Assembly: GCA_964016885.1 (NCBI GenBank)
Contig: OZ024740.1
Location: 46,376,001-46,440,000, forward strand
Direction: 5' to 3'
DNA length: 64,000 nucleotides
Origin: Eledone cirrhosa
Taxonomy: Eukaryota
In this document: positions 38,101-53,100 of the stretch, piece after piece
Position numbering within the stretch: position 1 is the first letter of the stretch
Layout: each line of letters begins with the position of its first letter
Notes under the pieces: model-generated
Database searches by the model: none
The model's input: only the letters and a program-made list of their open reading frames with translations
Told to the model about the DNA's origin: nothing
Made by a program: the position numbers and the translations under genes

Positions 38101-41100
38101 CCAGCCTAACAGAATTACAATGTAACCTCTACTATAGCCACAACCCAGTCTAACAGAATTACAATGTAAACTCTACTATAGCCACAACCCAGTCTAACAG
38201 AATTACAATGTAACCTCTACTATAGCCACAACCTAGCCTATCAGAATTACAATGTAACCTCTACTATAGCCACAACCTAGCCTAACAGAATTACAATGTA
38301 ACCTCTACTATAGTCACAACCCAGCCTAACAGAATTACAATGTAACCTCTACTATAGTCACAACCCAGCCTAACAGAATTACAATGTGACCTCTACTATA
38401 GCCACAACCTAGCCTAACAGAATTACAATGTAACCTCTACTATAGCCACAACCCAGCCTAACAGAATTACAATGTAACCTCTACTATAGCCACAACCTAG
38501 CCTAACAGAATTACAATGTAACCTCTACTATAGCCACAACCTAGCCTAACAGAATTACAATGTAACCTCTACTATAGCCACAACCTAGCCTAACAGAATT
38601 ACAATGTAACCTCTACTATAGCCACAACCTAGCCTAACAGAATTACAATGTAACCTCTACTATAGCCACAACCTAGCCTAACAGAATTACAATGTAACCT
38701 CTACTATAGCCACAACCTAGCCTAACAGAATTACAATGTAACCTCTACTATAGCCACAACCTAGCCTAACAGAATTACAATGTAACCTCTACTATAGCCA
38801 CAACCTAGCCTAACAGAATTACAATGTAACCTCTACTATAGCCACAACACAGCCTAACAGAATTACAATGTAACCTCTACTATAGCCACTACCCAGCCTA
38901 ACAGAATTACAATGTAACCTCTACTATAGCCACAACCCAGCCTAACAGAATTACAATGTAACCTCTACTATAGCCACAACCCAGCCTAACAGAATTACAA
39001 TGTAACCTCTACTATAGCCACAACCCTGCCTAACAGAATTACAATGTAACCCCTACTATAGCCACAACCCAGTCTAACAGAATTACAATGTAACCTCTAC
39101 TATAGCCACAACCCAATCTAACAGAATTACAATGTAACCTCTACTATAGCCACAACCCAACCTAACAGCAGAATTACAATGTAACCTCTACTATAGCCAC
39201 AACCCAGCCTAACAGAATTACAATGTAACCTCTACTATAGCCACAACCCAGTCTAACAGAATTACAATGTAACCTCTACTATAGCCACAACCCAGTCTAA
39301 CAGAATTACAATGTAACCTCTACTATAGCCACAACCCAGTCTAAAAGAATTACAATGTAACCTCTACTATAGCCACAACCCAGTCTAACAGAATTACAAT
39401 GTAACCTCTACTATAGCCACAACCCAGTCTAACAGAATTACAATGTAACCTCTACTATAGCCACAACCCAGCCTAACAGAATTACAATGTAACCTCTACT
39501 ATAGCCACAACCCAGTCTAACAGAATTACAATGTAACCTCTACTATAGCCACAACCCAGTCTAACAGAATTACAATGTAACCTCTACTATAGCCACAACC
39601 CAGTCTAACAGAATTACAATGTAACCTCTACTATAGCCACAACCCAGTCTAACAGAATTACAATGTAACCTCTACTATAGCCACAACCCAACCTAACAGC
39701 AGAATTACAATGTAACCTCTACTATAGCCACAACCCAGTCTAACAGAATTACAATGTAACCTCTACTATAGCCACAACCCAGTCTAACAGAATTACAATG
39801 TAACCTCTACTATAGCCACAACCCAGTCTAACAGAATTACAATGTAACCTCTACTATAGCCACAACCCAACCTAACAGCAGAATTACAATGTAACCTCTA
39901 CTATAGCCACAACCTAGCCTAACAGAATTACAATGTAACCTCTACTATAGTCACAACCCAGCCTAACAGAATTACAATGTAACCTCTACTATAGCCACAA
40001 CCCAGTCTAACAGAATTACAATGTAACCTCTACTATAGCCACAACCCAGTCTAACAGAATTACAATGTAACCTCTACTATAGCCACAACCTAGCCTATCA
40101 GAATTACAATGTAACCTCTACTATAGCCACAACCCATTCTAACAGAATTACAATGTAACCTCTACTATAGTCACAACCCAGCCTAACAGAATTACAATGT
40201 AACCTCTACTATAGTCACAACCCAGCCTAACAGAATTACAATGTAACCTCTACTATAGCCACAACCTAGCCTAACAGAATTACAATGTAACCTCTACTAT
40301 AGCCACAACCTAGCCTAACAGAATTACAATGTAACCTCTACTATAGCCACAACCTAGCCTAACAGAATTACAATGTAACCTCTACTATAGTCACAACCCA
40401 GCCTAACAGAATTACAATGTAACCTCTACTATAGCCACAACCCAGTCTAACAGAATTAGAATGTAACCTCTACTATAGCCACAACCCAGTCTAACAGAAT
40501 TACAATGTAACCTCTACTATAGCCACAACCTAGCCTATCAGAATTACAATGTAACCTCTACTATAGCCACAACCCATTCTAACAGAATTACAATGTAACC
40601 TCTACTATAGTCACAACCCAGCCTAACAGAATTACAATGTAACCTCTACTATAGCCACAACCCAGTCTAACAGAATTACAATGTAACCTCTACTATAGCC
40701 ACAACCCAGTCTAACAGAATTACAATGTAACCTCTACTATAGCCACAACCTAGCCTAACAGAATTACAATGTAACCTCTACTATAGCCACAACCTAGCCT
40801 AACAGAATTACAATGTAACCTCTACTATAGTCACAACCCAGCCTAACAGAATTACAATGTAACCTCTACTATAGCCACAACCCAGTCTAACAGAATTACA
40901 ATGTAAACTCTACTATAGCCACAACCCAGTCTAACAGAATTACAATGTAACCTCTACTATAGCCACAACCTAGCCTATCAGAATTACAATGTAACCTCTA
41001 CTATAGCCACAACCTAGCCTAACAGAATTACAATGTAACCTCTACTATAGTCACAACCCAGCCTAACAGAATTACAATGTAACCTCTACTATAGTCACAA

Positions 41101-44100
41101 CCCAGCCTAACAGAATTACAATGTGACCTCTACTATAGCCACAACCTAGCCTAACAGAATTACAATGTAACCTCTACTATAGCCACAACCCAGCCTAACA
41201 GAATTACAATGTAACCTCTACTATAGCCACAACCTAGCCTAACAGAATTACAATGTAACCTCTACTATAGCCACAACCTAGCCTAACAGAATTACAATGT
41301 AACCTCTACTATAGCCACAACCTAGCCTAACAGAATTACAATGTAACCTCTACTATAGCCACAACCTAGCCTAACAGAATTACAATGTAACCTCTACTAT
41401 AGCCACAACCTAGCCTAACAGAATTACAATGTAACCTCTACTATAGCCACAACCTAGCCTAACAGAATTACAATGTAACCTCTACTATAGCCACAACCTA
41501 GCCTAACAGAATTACAATGTAACCTCTACTATAGCCACAACCTAGCCTAACAGAATTACAATGTAACCTCTACTATAGCCACAACACAGCCTAACAGAAT
41601 TACAATGTAACCTCTACTATAGCCACTACCCAGCCTAACAGAATTACAATGTAACCTCTACTATAGCCACAACCCAGCCTAACAGAATTACAATGTAACC
41701 TCTACTATAGCCACAACCCAGCCTAACAGAATTACAATGTAACCTCTACTATAGCCACAACCCTGCCTAACAGAATTACAATGTAACCCCTACTATAGCC
41801 ACAACCCAGTCTAACAGAATTACAATGTAACCTCTACTATAGCCACAACCCAATCTAACAGAATTACAATGTAACCTCTACTATAGCCACAACCCAACCT
41901 AACAGCAGAATTACAATGTAACCTCTACTATAGCCACAACCCAGCCTAACAGAATTACAATGTAACCTCTACTATAGCCACAACCCAGTCTAACAGAATT
42001 ACAATGTAACCTCTACTATAGCCACAACCCAGTCTAACAGAATTACAATGTAACCTCTACTATAGCCACAACCCAGTCTAAAAGAATTACAATGTAACCT
42101 CTACTATAGCCACAACCCAGTCTAACAGAATTACAATGTAACCTCTACTATAGCCACAACCCAGTCTAACAGAATTACAATGTAACCTCTACTATAGCCA
42201 CAACCCAGCCTAACAGAATTACAATGTAACCTCTACTATAGCCACAACCCAGTCTAACAGAATTACAATGTAACCTCTACTATAGCCACAACCCAGTCTA
42301 ACAGAATTACAATGTAACCTCTACTATAGCCACAACCCAGTCTAACAGAATTACAATGTAACCTCTACTATAGCCACAACCCAGTCTAACAGAATTACAA
42401 TGTAACCTCTACTATAGCCACAACCCAACCTAACAGCAGAATTACAATGTAACCTCTACTATAGCCACAACCCAGTCTAACAGAATTACAATGTAACCTC
42501 TACTATAGCCACAACCCAGTCTAACAGAATTACAATGTAACCTCTACTATAGCCACAACCCAGTCTAACAGAATTACAATGTAACCTCTACTATAGCCAC
42601 AACCCAACCTAACAGCAGAATTACAATGTAACCTCTACTATAGCCACAACCCAGTCTAACAGAATTACAATGTAACCTCTACTATAGCCACAACCCAGTC
42701 TAACAGAATTACAATGTAACCTCTACTATAGCCACAACCCAACCTAACAGCAGAATTACAACGTAACCTCTACTATAGCCACAACCCAGCCTAACAGAAT
42801 TACAATGTAACCTCTACTATAGCCACAACCCAGTCTAACAGAATTACAATGTAACCTCTACTATAGCCACAACCCAGCCTAACAGAATTACAATGTAACC
42901 TCTACTATAGCCACAACCCAGTCTAACAGAATTACAATGTAACCTCTACTATAGCCACAACCCAGTCTAACAGAATTACAATGTAACCTCTACTATAGCC
43001 ACAACCCAGTCTAACAGAATTACAATGTAACCTCTACTATAGCCACAACCCAGTCTAACAGAATTACAATGTAACCTCTACTATAGCCACAACCCAGTCT
43101 AACAGAATTACAATGTAACCTCTACTATAGCCACAACCCAGTCTAACAGAATTACAATGTAACCTCTACTATAGCCACAACCCAGTCTAACAGAATTACA
43201 ATGTAACCTCTACTATAGCCACAACCCAGCCTAACAGAATTACAATGTAACCTCTACTATAGCCACAACCCAGTCTAACAGAATTACAATGTAACCTCTA
43301 CTATAGCCACAACCCAGTCTAACAGAATTACAATGTAACCTCTACTATAGCCACAACCTAGCCTAACAGCAGAATTACAATGTAACCTCTACTATAGCCA
43401 CAACCTAGCCTAACAGAATTACAATGTAACCTCTACTATAGTCACAACCTAGCCTAACAGAATTACAATGTAACCTCTACTATAGCCACAACCTAGCCTA
43501 TCAGAATTACAATGTAAACTCTACTATAGCCACAACCCAGTCTAACAGAATTACAATGTAACCTCTACTATAGTCACAACCCAGCCTAACAGAATTACAA
43601 TGTAACCTCTACTATAGTCACAACCCAGCCTAACAGCAGAATTACAATGTAACCTCTACTATAGCCACAACCCAGTCTAACAGAATTACAATGTAACCTC
43701 TACTATAGCCACAACCCAGTCTAACAGAAATACAATGTAACCTCTACTATAGCCACAACCCAACCTAACAGCAGAATTACAACGTAACCTCTACTATAGC
43801 CACAACCCAGCCTAACAGAATTACAATGTAACCTCTACTATAGCCACAACCCTGCCTAACAGAATTACAATGTAACCCCTACTATAGCCACAACCCAGTC
43901 TAACAGAATTACAATGTAACCTCTACTATAGCCACAACCCAGTCTAACAGAATTACAATGTAACCTCTACTATAGCCACAACCTAGCCTAACAGAATTAC
44001 AATGTAACCTCTACTATAGCCACAACCTAGCTTAACAGAATTACAATGTAACCTCTACTATAGCCACAACCTAGCCTAACAGAATTACAATGTAACCTCT

Positions 44101-47100
44101 ACTATAGCCACAACCTAGCCTAACAGAATTACAATGTAACCTCTACTATAGCCACAATCTAGCTTAACAGAATTACAATGTAACCTCTACTATAGCCACA
44201 ACCTAGCCTAACAGAATTACAATGTAACCTCTACTACAGCCACAACCCAGCCTAACAGAATTACAATGTAACCTCTACTATAACCACAACCTAGCCTAAC
44301 AGAATTACAATGTAACCTCTACTATAGCCACAACCTAGCCTAACAGAATTACAATGTAACCTCTACTATAGCCACAACCTAGCTTAACGGAATTACAATG
44401 TAACCTCTACTATAGCCACAACCCAGCCTAACAGAATTACAATGTAACCTCTACTATAGCCACAACCCAGTCTAACAGAATTACAATGTAACCTCTACTA
44501 TAGCCACAACCCAGTCTAACAGAATTACAATGTAACCTCTACTATAGCCACAACCAAGCCTAACAGAATTACAATGTAACCTCTACTATAGCCACAACCT
44601 AGCCTAACAGAATTACAATGTAACCTCTACTATAGCCACAACCTAGCCTAACAGAATTACAATGTAACCTCTACTATAGCCACAGCCTAGCCTAACAGAA
44701 TTACAATGTAACCTCTACTATAGCCACAACCCAGTCTAACAGAATTACAATGTAACCTCTACTATAGCCACAACCCAGCCTAACAGAATTACAATGTAAC
44801 CTCTACTATAGCCACAACCTAGTCTAACAGAATTACAATGTAACCTCTACTATAGCCACAACCCAGCCTAACAGAATTACAATGTAACCTCTACTATAGC
44901 CACAACCTAGTCTAGCAGAATTACAATGTAACCTCTACTATAGCCACAACCCAGTCTAACAGAATTACAATGTAACCTCTACTATAGCCACAACCTAGTC
45001 TAACAGAATTACAATGTAACCTCTACTATAGCCACAACCTAGCCTAACAGAATTACAATGTAACCTCTACTATAGCCACAACCTAGCCTAACAGAATTAC
45101 AATGTAACCTCTACTATAGTCACAACCCAGCCTAACAGAATTACAATGTAACCTCTACTATAGCCACAACCCAGTCTAACAGAATTACAATGTAACCTCT
45201 ACTACAGCCACAACCCAGTCTAACAGAATTACAATGTAACCTCTACTATAGCCACAACCTAGCCTATCAGAATTACAATGTAACCTCTACTATACCCACA
45301 ACCCATTCTAACAGAATTACAATGTAACCTCTACTATAGTCACAACCCAGCCTAACAGAATTACAATGTAACCTCTACTATAGTCACAACCCAGCCTAAC
45401 AGAATTACAATGTAACCTCTACTATAGCCACAACCTAGCCTAACAGAATTACAATGTAACCTCTACTATAGCCACAACCTAGCCTAACAGAATTACAATG
45501 TAACCTCTACTATAGCCACAACCTAGCCTAACAGAATTACAATGTAACCTCTACTATAGTCACAACCCAGCCTAACAGAATTACAATGTAACCTCTACTA
45601 TAGCCACAACCCAGTCTAACAGAATTACAATGTAACCTCTACTATAGCCACAACCCAGTCTAACAGAATTACAATGTAACCTCTACTATAGCCACAACCT
45701 AGCCTATCAGAATTACAATGTAACCTCTACTATAGCCACAACCCATTCTAACAGAATTACAATGTAACCTCTACTATAGTCACAACCCAGCCTAACAGAA
45801 TTACAATGTAACCTCTACTATAGCCACAACCCAGTCTAACAGAATTACAATGTAACCTCTACTATAGCCACAACCCAGTCTAACAGAATTACAATGTAAC
45901 CTCTACTATAGCCACAACCTAGCCTAACAGAATTACAATGTAACCTCTACTATAGCCACAACCTAGCCTAACAGAATTACAATGTAACCTCTACTATAGT
46001 CACAACCCAGCCTAACAGAATTACAATGTAACCTCTACTATAGCCACAACCCAGTCTAACAGAATTACAATGTAAACTCTACTATAGCCACAACCCAGTC
46101 TAACAGAATTACAATGTAACCTCTACTATAGCCACAACCTAGCCTAACAGAATTACAATGTAACCTCTACTATAGTCACAACCCAGCCTAACAGAATTAC
46201 AATGTAACCTCTACTATAGTCACAACCCAGCCTAACAGAATTACAATGTAACCTCTACTATAGCCACAACCTAGCCTAACAGAATTACAATGTAACCTCT
46301 ACTATAGCCACAACCCAGCCTAACAGAATTACAATGTAACCTCTACTATAGCCACAACCTAGCCTAACAGAATTACAATGTAACCTCTACTATAGCCTCC
46401 AACCTAGCCTAACAGAATTACAATGTAACCTCTACTATAGCCACAACCTAGCCTAACAGAATTACAATGTAACCTCTACTATAGCCACAACCTAGCCTAA
46501 CAGAATTACAATGTAACCTCTACTATAGCCACAACCTAGCCTAACAGAATTACAATGTAACCTCTACTATAGCCACAACCTAGCCTAACAGAATTACAAT
46601 GTAACCTCTACTATAGCCACAACCTAGCCTAACAGAATTACAATGTAACCTCTACTATAGCCACAACCTAGCCTAACAGAATTACAATGTAACCTCTACA
46701 ATAGCCACAACACAGCCTAACAGAATTACAATGTAACCTCTACTATAGCCACAACCCAGCCTAACAGAATTACAATGTAACCTCTACTATAGCCACAACC
46801 CAGCCTAACAGAATTACAATGTAACCTCTACTATAGCCACAACCCAGCCTAACAGAATTACAATGTAACCTCTACTATAGCCACAACCCTGCCTAACAGA
46901 ATTACAATGTAACCCCTACTATAGCCACAACCCAGTCTAACAGAATTACAATGTAACCTCTACTATAGCCACAACCCAATCTAACAGAATTACAATGTAA
47001 CCTCTACTATAGCCACAACCCAACCTAACAGCAGAATTACAATGTAACCTCTACTATAGCCACAACCCAGCCTAACAGAATTACAATGTAACCTCTACTA

Positions 47101-50100
47101 TAGCCACAACCCAGTCTAACAGAATTACAATGTAACCTCTACTATAGCCACAACCCAGTCTAACAGAATTACAATGTAACCTCTACTATAGCCACAACCC
47201 AGTCTAAAAGAATTACAATGTAACCTCTACTATAGCCACAACCCAGTCTAACAGAATTACAATGTAACCTCTACTATAGCCACAACCCAGTCTAACAGAA
47301 TTACAATGTAACCTCTACTATAGCCACAACCCAGCCTAACAGAATTACAATGTAACCTCTACTATAGCCACAACCCAGTCTAACAGAATTACAATGTAAC
47401 CTCTACTATAGCCACAACCCAGTCTAACAGAATTACAATGTAACCTCTACTATAGCCACAACCCAGTCTAACAGAATTACAATGTAACCTCTACTATAGC
47501 CACAACCCAGTCTAACAGAATTACAATGTAACCTCTACTATAGCCACAACCCAACCTAACAGCAGAATTACAATGTAACCTCTACTATAGCCACAACCCA
47601 GTCTAACAGAATTACAATGTAACCTCTACTATAGCCACAACCCAGTCTAACAGAATTACAATGTAACCTCTACTATAGCCACAACCCAACCTAACAGCAG
47701 AATTACAACGTAACCTCTACTATAGCCACAACCCAGCCTAACAGAATTACAATGTAACCTCTACTATAGCCACAACCCTGCCTAACAGAATTACAATGTA
47801 ACCCCTACTATAGCCACAACCCAGTCTAACAGAATTACAATGTAACCTCTACTATAGCCACAACCTAGTCTAACAGAATTACAATGTAACCTCTACTATA
47901 GCCACAACCTAGCCTAACAGAATTACAATGTAACCTCTACTATAGCCACAACCTAGCCTAACAGAATTACAATGTAACCTCTACTATAGTCACAACCCAG
48001 CCTAACAGAATTACAATGTAACCTCTACTATAGCCACAACCCAGTCTAACAGAATTACAATGTAACCTCTACTATAGCCACAACCCAGTCTAACAGAATT
48101 ACAATGTAACCTCTACTATAGCCACAACCTAGCCTATCAGAATTACAATGTAACCTCTACTATAGCCACAACCCATTCTAACAGAATTACAATGTAACCT
48201 CTACTATAGTCACAACCCAGCCTAACAGAATTACAATGTAACCTCTACTATAGTCACAACCCAGCCTAACAGAATTACAATGTAACCTCTACTATAGCCA
48301 CAACCTAGCCTAACAGAATTACAATGTAACCTCTACTATAGCCACAACCTAGCCTAACAGAATTACAATGTAACCTCTACTATAGCCACAACCTAGCCTA
48401 ACAGAATTACAATGTAACCTCTACTATAGTCACAACCCAGCCTAACAGAATTACAATGTAACCTCTACTATAGCCACAACCCAGTCTAACAGAATTAGAA
48501 TGTAACCTCTACTATAGCCACAACCCAGTCTAACAGAATTACAATGTAACCTCTACTATAGCCACAACCTAGCCTATCAGAATTACAATGTAACCTCTAC
48601 TATAGCCACAACCCATTCTAACAGAATTACAATGTAACCTCTACTATAGTCACAACCCAGCCTAACAGAATTACAATGTAACCTCTACTATAGCCACAAC
48701 CCAGTCTAACAGAATTACAATGTAACCTCTACTATAGCCACAACCCAGTCTAACAGAATTACAATGTAACCTCTACTATAGCCACAACCTAGCCTAACAG
48801 AATTACAATGTAACCTCTACTATAGCCACAACCTAGCCTAACAGAATTACAATGTAACCTCTACTATAGTCACAACCCAGCCTAACAGAATTACAATGTA
48901 ACCTCTACTATAGCCACAACCCAGTCTAACAGAATTACAATGTAAACTCTACTATAGCCACAACCCAGTCTAACAGAATTACAATGTAACCTCTACTATA
49001 GCCACAACCTAGCCTATCAGAATTACAATGTAACCTCTACTATAGCCACAACCTAGCCTAACAGAATTACAATGTAACCTCTACTATAGTCACAACCCAG
49101 CCTAACAGAATTACAATGTAACCTCTACTATAGTCACAACCCAGCCTAACAGAATTACAATGTAACCTCTACTATAGCCACAACCTAGCCTAACAGAATT
49201 ACAATGTAACCTCTACTATAGCCACAACCCAGCCTAACAGAATTACAATGTAACCTCTACTATAGCCACAACCTAGCCTAACAGAATTACAATGTAACCT
49301 CTACTATAGCCACAACCTAGCCTAACAGAATTACAATGTAACCTCTACTATAGCCACAACCTAGCCTAACAGAATTACAATGTAACCTCTACTATAGCCA
49401 CAACCTAGCCTAACAGAATTACAATGTAACCTCTACTATAGCCACAACTTAGCCTAACAGAATTACAATGTAACCTCTACTATAGCCACAACCTAGCCTA
49501 ACAGAATTACAATGTAACCTCTACTATAGCCACAACCTAGCCTAACAGAATTACAATGTAACCTCTACTATAGCCACAACCTAGCCTAACAGAATTACAA
49601 TGTAACCTCTACTATAGCCACAACACAGCCTAACAGAATTACAATGTAACCTCTACTATAGCCACTACCCAGCCTAACAGAATTACAATGTAACCTCTAC
49701 TATAGCCACAACCCAGCCTAACAGAATTACAATGTAACCTCTACTATAGCCACAACCCAGCCTAACAGAATTACAATGTAACCTCTACTATAGCCACAAC
49801 CCTGCCTAACAGAATTACAATGTAACCCCTACTATAGCCACAACCCAGTCTAACAGAATTACAATGTAACCTCTACTATAGCCACAACCCAATCTAACAG
49901 AATTACAATGTAACCTCTACTATAGCCACAACCCAACCTAACAGCAGAATTACAATGTAACCTCTACTATAGCCACAACCCAGCCTAACAGAATTACAAT
50001 GTAACCTCTACTATAGCCACAACCCAGTCTAACAGAATTACAATGTAACCTCTACTATAGCCACAACCCAGTCTAACAGAATTACAATGTAACCTCTACT

Positions 50101-53100
50101 ATAGCCACAACCCAGTCTAAAAGAATTACAATGTAACCTCTACTATAGCCACAACCCAGTCTAACAGAATTACAATGTAACCTCTACTATAGCCACAACC
50201 CAGTCTAACAGAATTACAATGTAACCTCTACTATAGCCACAACCCAGCCTAACAGAATTACAATGTAACCTCTACTATAGCCACAACCCAGTCTAACAGA
50301 ATTACAATGTAACCTCTACTATAGCCACAACCCAGTCTAACAGAATTACAATGTAACCTCTACTATAGCCACAACCCAGTCTAACAGAATTACAATGTAA
50401 CCTCTACTATAGCCACAACCCAGTCTAACAGAATTACAATGTAACCTCTACTATAGCCACAACCCAACCTAACAGCAGAATTACAATGTAACCTCTACTA
50501 TAGCCACAACCCAGTCTAACAGAATTACAATGTAACCTCTACTATAGCCACAACCCAGTCTAACAGAATTACAATGTAACCTCTACTATAGCCACAACCC
50601 AGTCTAACAGAATTACAATGTAACCTCTACTATAGCCACAACCCAACCTAACAGCAGAATTACAATGTAACCTCTACTATAGCCACAACCCAGTCTAACA
50701 GAATTACAATGTAACCTCTACTATAGCCACAACCCAGTCTAACAGAATTACAATGTAACCTCTACTATAGCCACAACCCAACCTAACAGCAGAATTACAA
50801 CGTAACCTCTACTATAGCCACAACCCAGCCTAACAGAATTACAATGTAACCTCTACTATAGCCACAACCCAGTCTAACAGAATTACAATGTAACCTCTAC
50901 TATAGCCACAACCCAGCCTAACAGAATTACAATGTAACCTCTACTATAGCCACAACCCAGTCTAACAGAATTACAATGTAACCTCTACTATAGCCACAAC
51001 CCAGTCTAACAGAATTACAATGTAACCTCTACTATAGCCACAACCCAGTCTAACAGAATTACAATGTAACCTCTACTATAGCCACAACCCAGTCTAACAG
51101 AATTACAATGTAACCTCTACTATAGCCACAACCCAGTCTAACAGAATTACAATGTAACCTCTACTATAGCCACAACCCAGTCTAACAGAATTACAATGTA
51201 ACCTCTACTATAGCCACAACCCAGTCTAACAGAATTACAATGTAACCTCTACTATAGCCACAACCCAGCCTAACAGAATTACAATGTAACCTCTACTATA
51301 GCCACAACCCAGTCTAACAGAATTACAATGTAACCTCTACTATAGCCACAACCCAGTCTAACAGAATTACAATGTAACCTCTACTATAGCCACAACCCAA
51401 CCTAACAGCAGAATTACAACGTAACCTCTACTATCGCCACAACCCAGCCTAACAGAATTACAATGTAACCTCTACTATAGCCACAACCCTGCCTAACAGA
51501 ATTACAATGTAACCCCTACTATAGCCACAACCCAGTCTAACAGAATTACAATGTAACCTCTACTATAGCCACAACCCAGTCTAACAGAATTACAATGTAA
51601 CCTCTACTATAGCCACAACCCAACCTAACAGCAGAATTACAATGTAACCTCTACTATAGCCACAACCCAGCCTAACAGAATTACAATGTAACCTCTACTA
51701 TAGCCACAACCCAGTCTAACAGAATTACAATGTAACCTCTACTATAGCCACAACCCAGTCTAACAGAATTACAATGTAACCTCTACTATAGCCACAACCC
51801 AGTCTAACAGAATTACAATGTAACCACTACTATAGCCACAACCCAGTCTAACAGAATTACAATGTAACCTCTACTATAGCCACAACCCAGCCTAACAGAA
51901 TTACAATGCAACCTCTACTATAGTCACAACCCAGTCTAACAGAATTACAATGTAACCTCTACTATAGTCACAACCCAGCCTAACAGAATTACAATGTAAC
52001 CTCTACTAAAGCCACAACCCAGTCTAGCAGAATTACAATGTAACCTCTACTATAGCCACAACCCAGCCTAACAGAATTACAATGTAACCTCTACTATAGC
52101 CACAACCTAGTCTAACAGAATTACAATGTAACCTCTACTATAGCCACAACCCAGCCTAACAGAATTACAATGTAACCTCTACTATAGCCACAACCTAGCC
52201 TAACAGAATTACAATGTAACCTCTACTATAGCCACAACCTAGTCTAACAGAATTACAATGTAACCTCTACTATAGCCACAACCTAGCCTAACAGAATTAC
52301 AATGTAACCGCTACTATAGCCACAACCCATTCTAACAGAATTACAATGTAACCTCTACTATAGACACAACCCAGCCTAACAGAATTACAATGTAACCTCT
52401 ACTATAGCCACAACCCAGTCTAACAGAATTACAATGTAACCTCTACTATAGCCACAACCCAGTCTAACAGAATTACAATGTAACCTCTACTATAGCCACA
52501 ACCCAGTCTAACAGAATTACAATGTAACCTCTACTATAGCCACAACCTAGCCTAACAGAATTACAATGTAACCTCTACTATAGCCACAACCTAGCCTAAC
52601 AGAATTACAATGTAACCTCTACTATAGTCACAACCCAGTCTAACAGAATTACAATGTAACCTCTACTATAGCCACAACCTAGCCTAACAGAATTACAATG
52701 TAACCTCTACTATAGCCACAACCTAGCCTAACAGAATTACAATGTAACCTCTACTATAGTCACAACCCAGCCTAACAGAATTACAATGTAACCTCTACTA
52801 TAGCCACAACCCAGTCTAACAGAATTACAATGTAACCTCTACTATAGCCACAACCCAGTCTAACAGAATTACAATGTAACCTCTACTATAGCCACAACCT
52901 AGCCTAACAGAATTACAACGTAACCTCTACTATAGCCACAACCTAGCCTAACAGAATTACAATGTAACCTCTACTATAGCCACAACCCAGTCTAACAGAA
53001 TTACAATGTAACCTCTACTATAGCCACAACCCAGTCTAACAGAATTACAATGTAACCTCTACTATAGCCACAACCCAACCTAACAGAATTACAATGTAAC

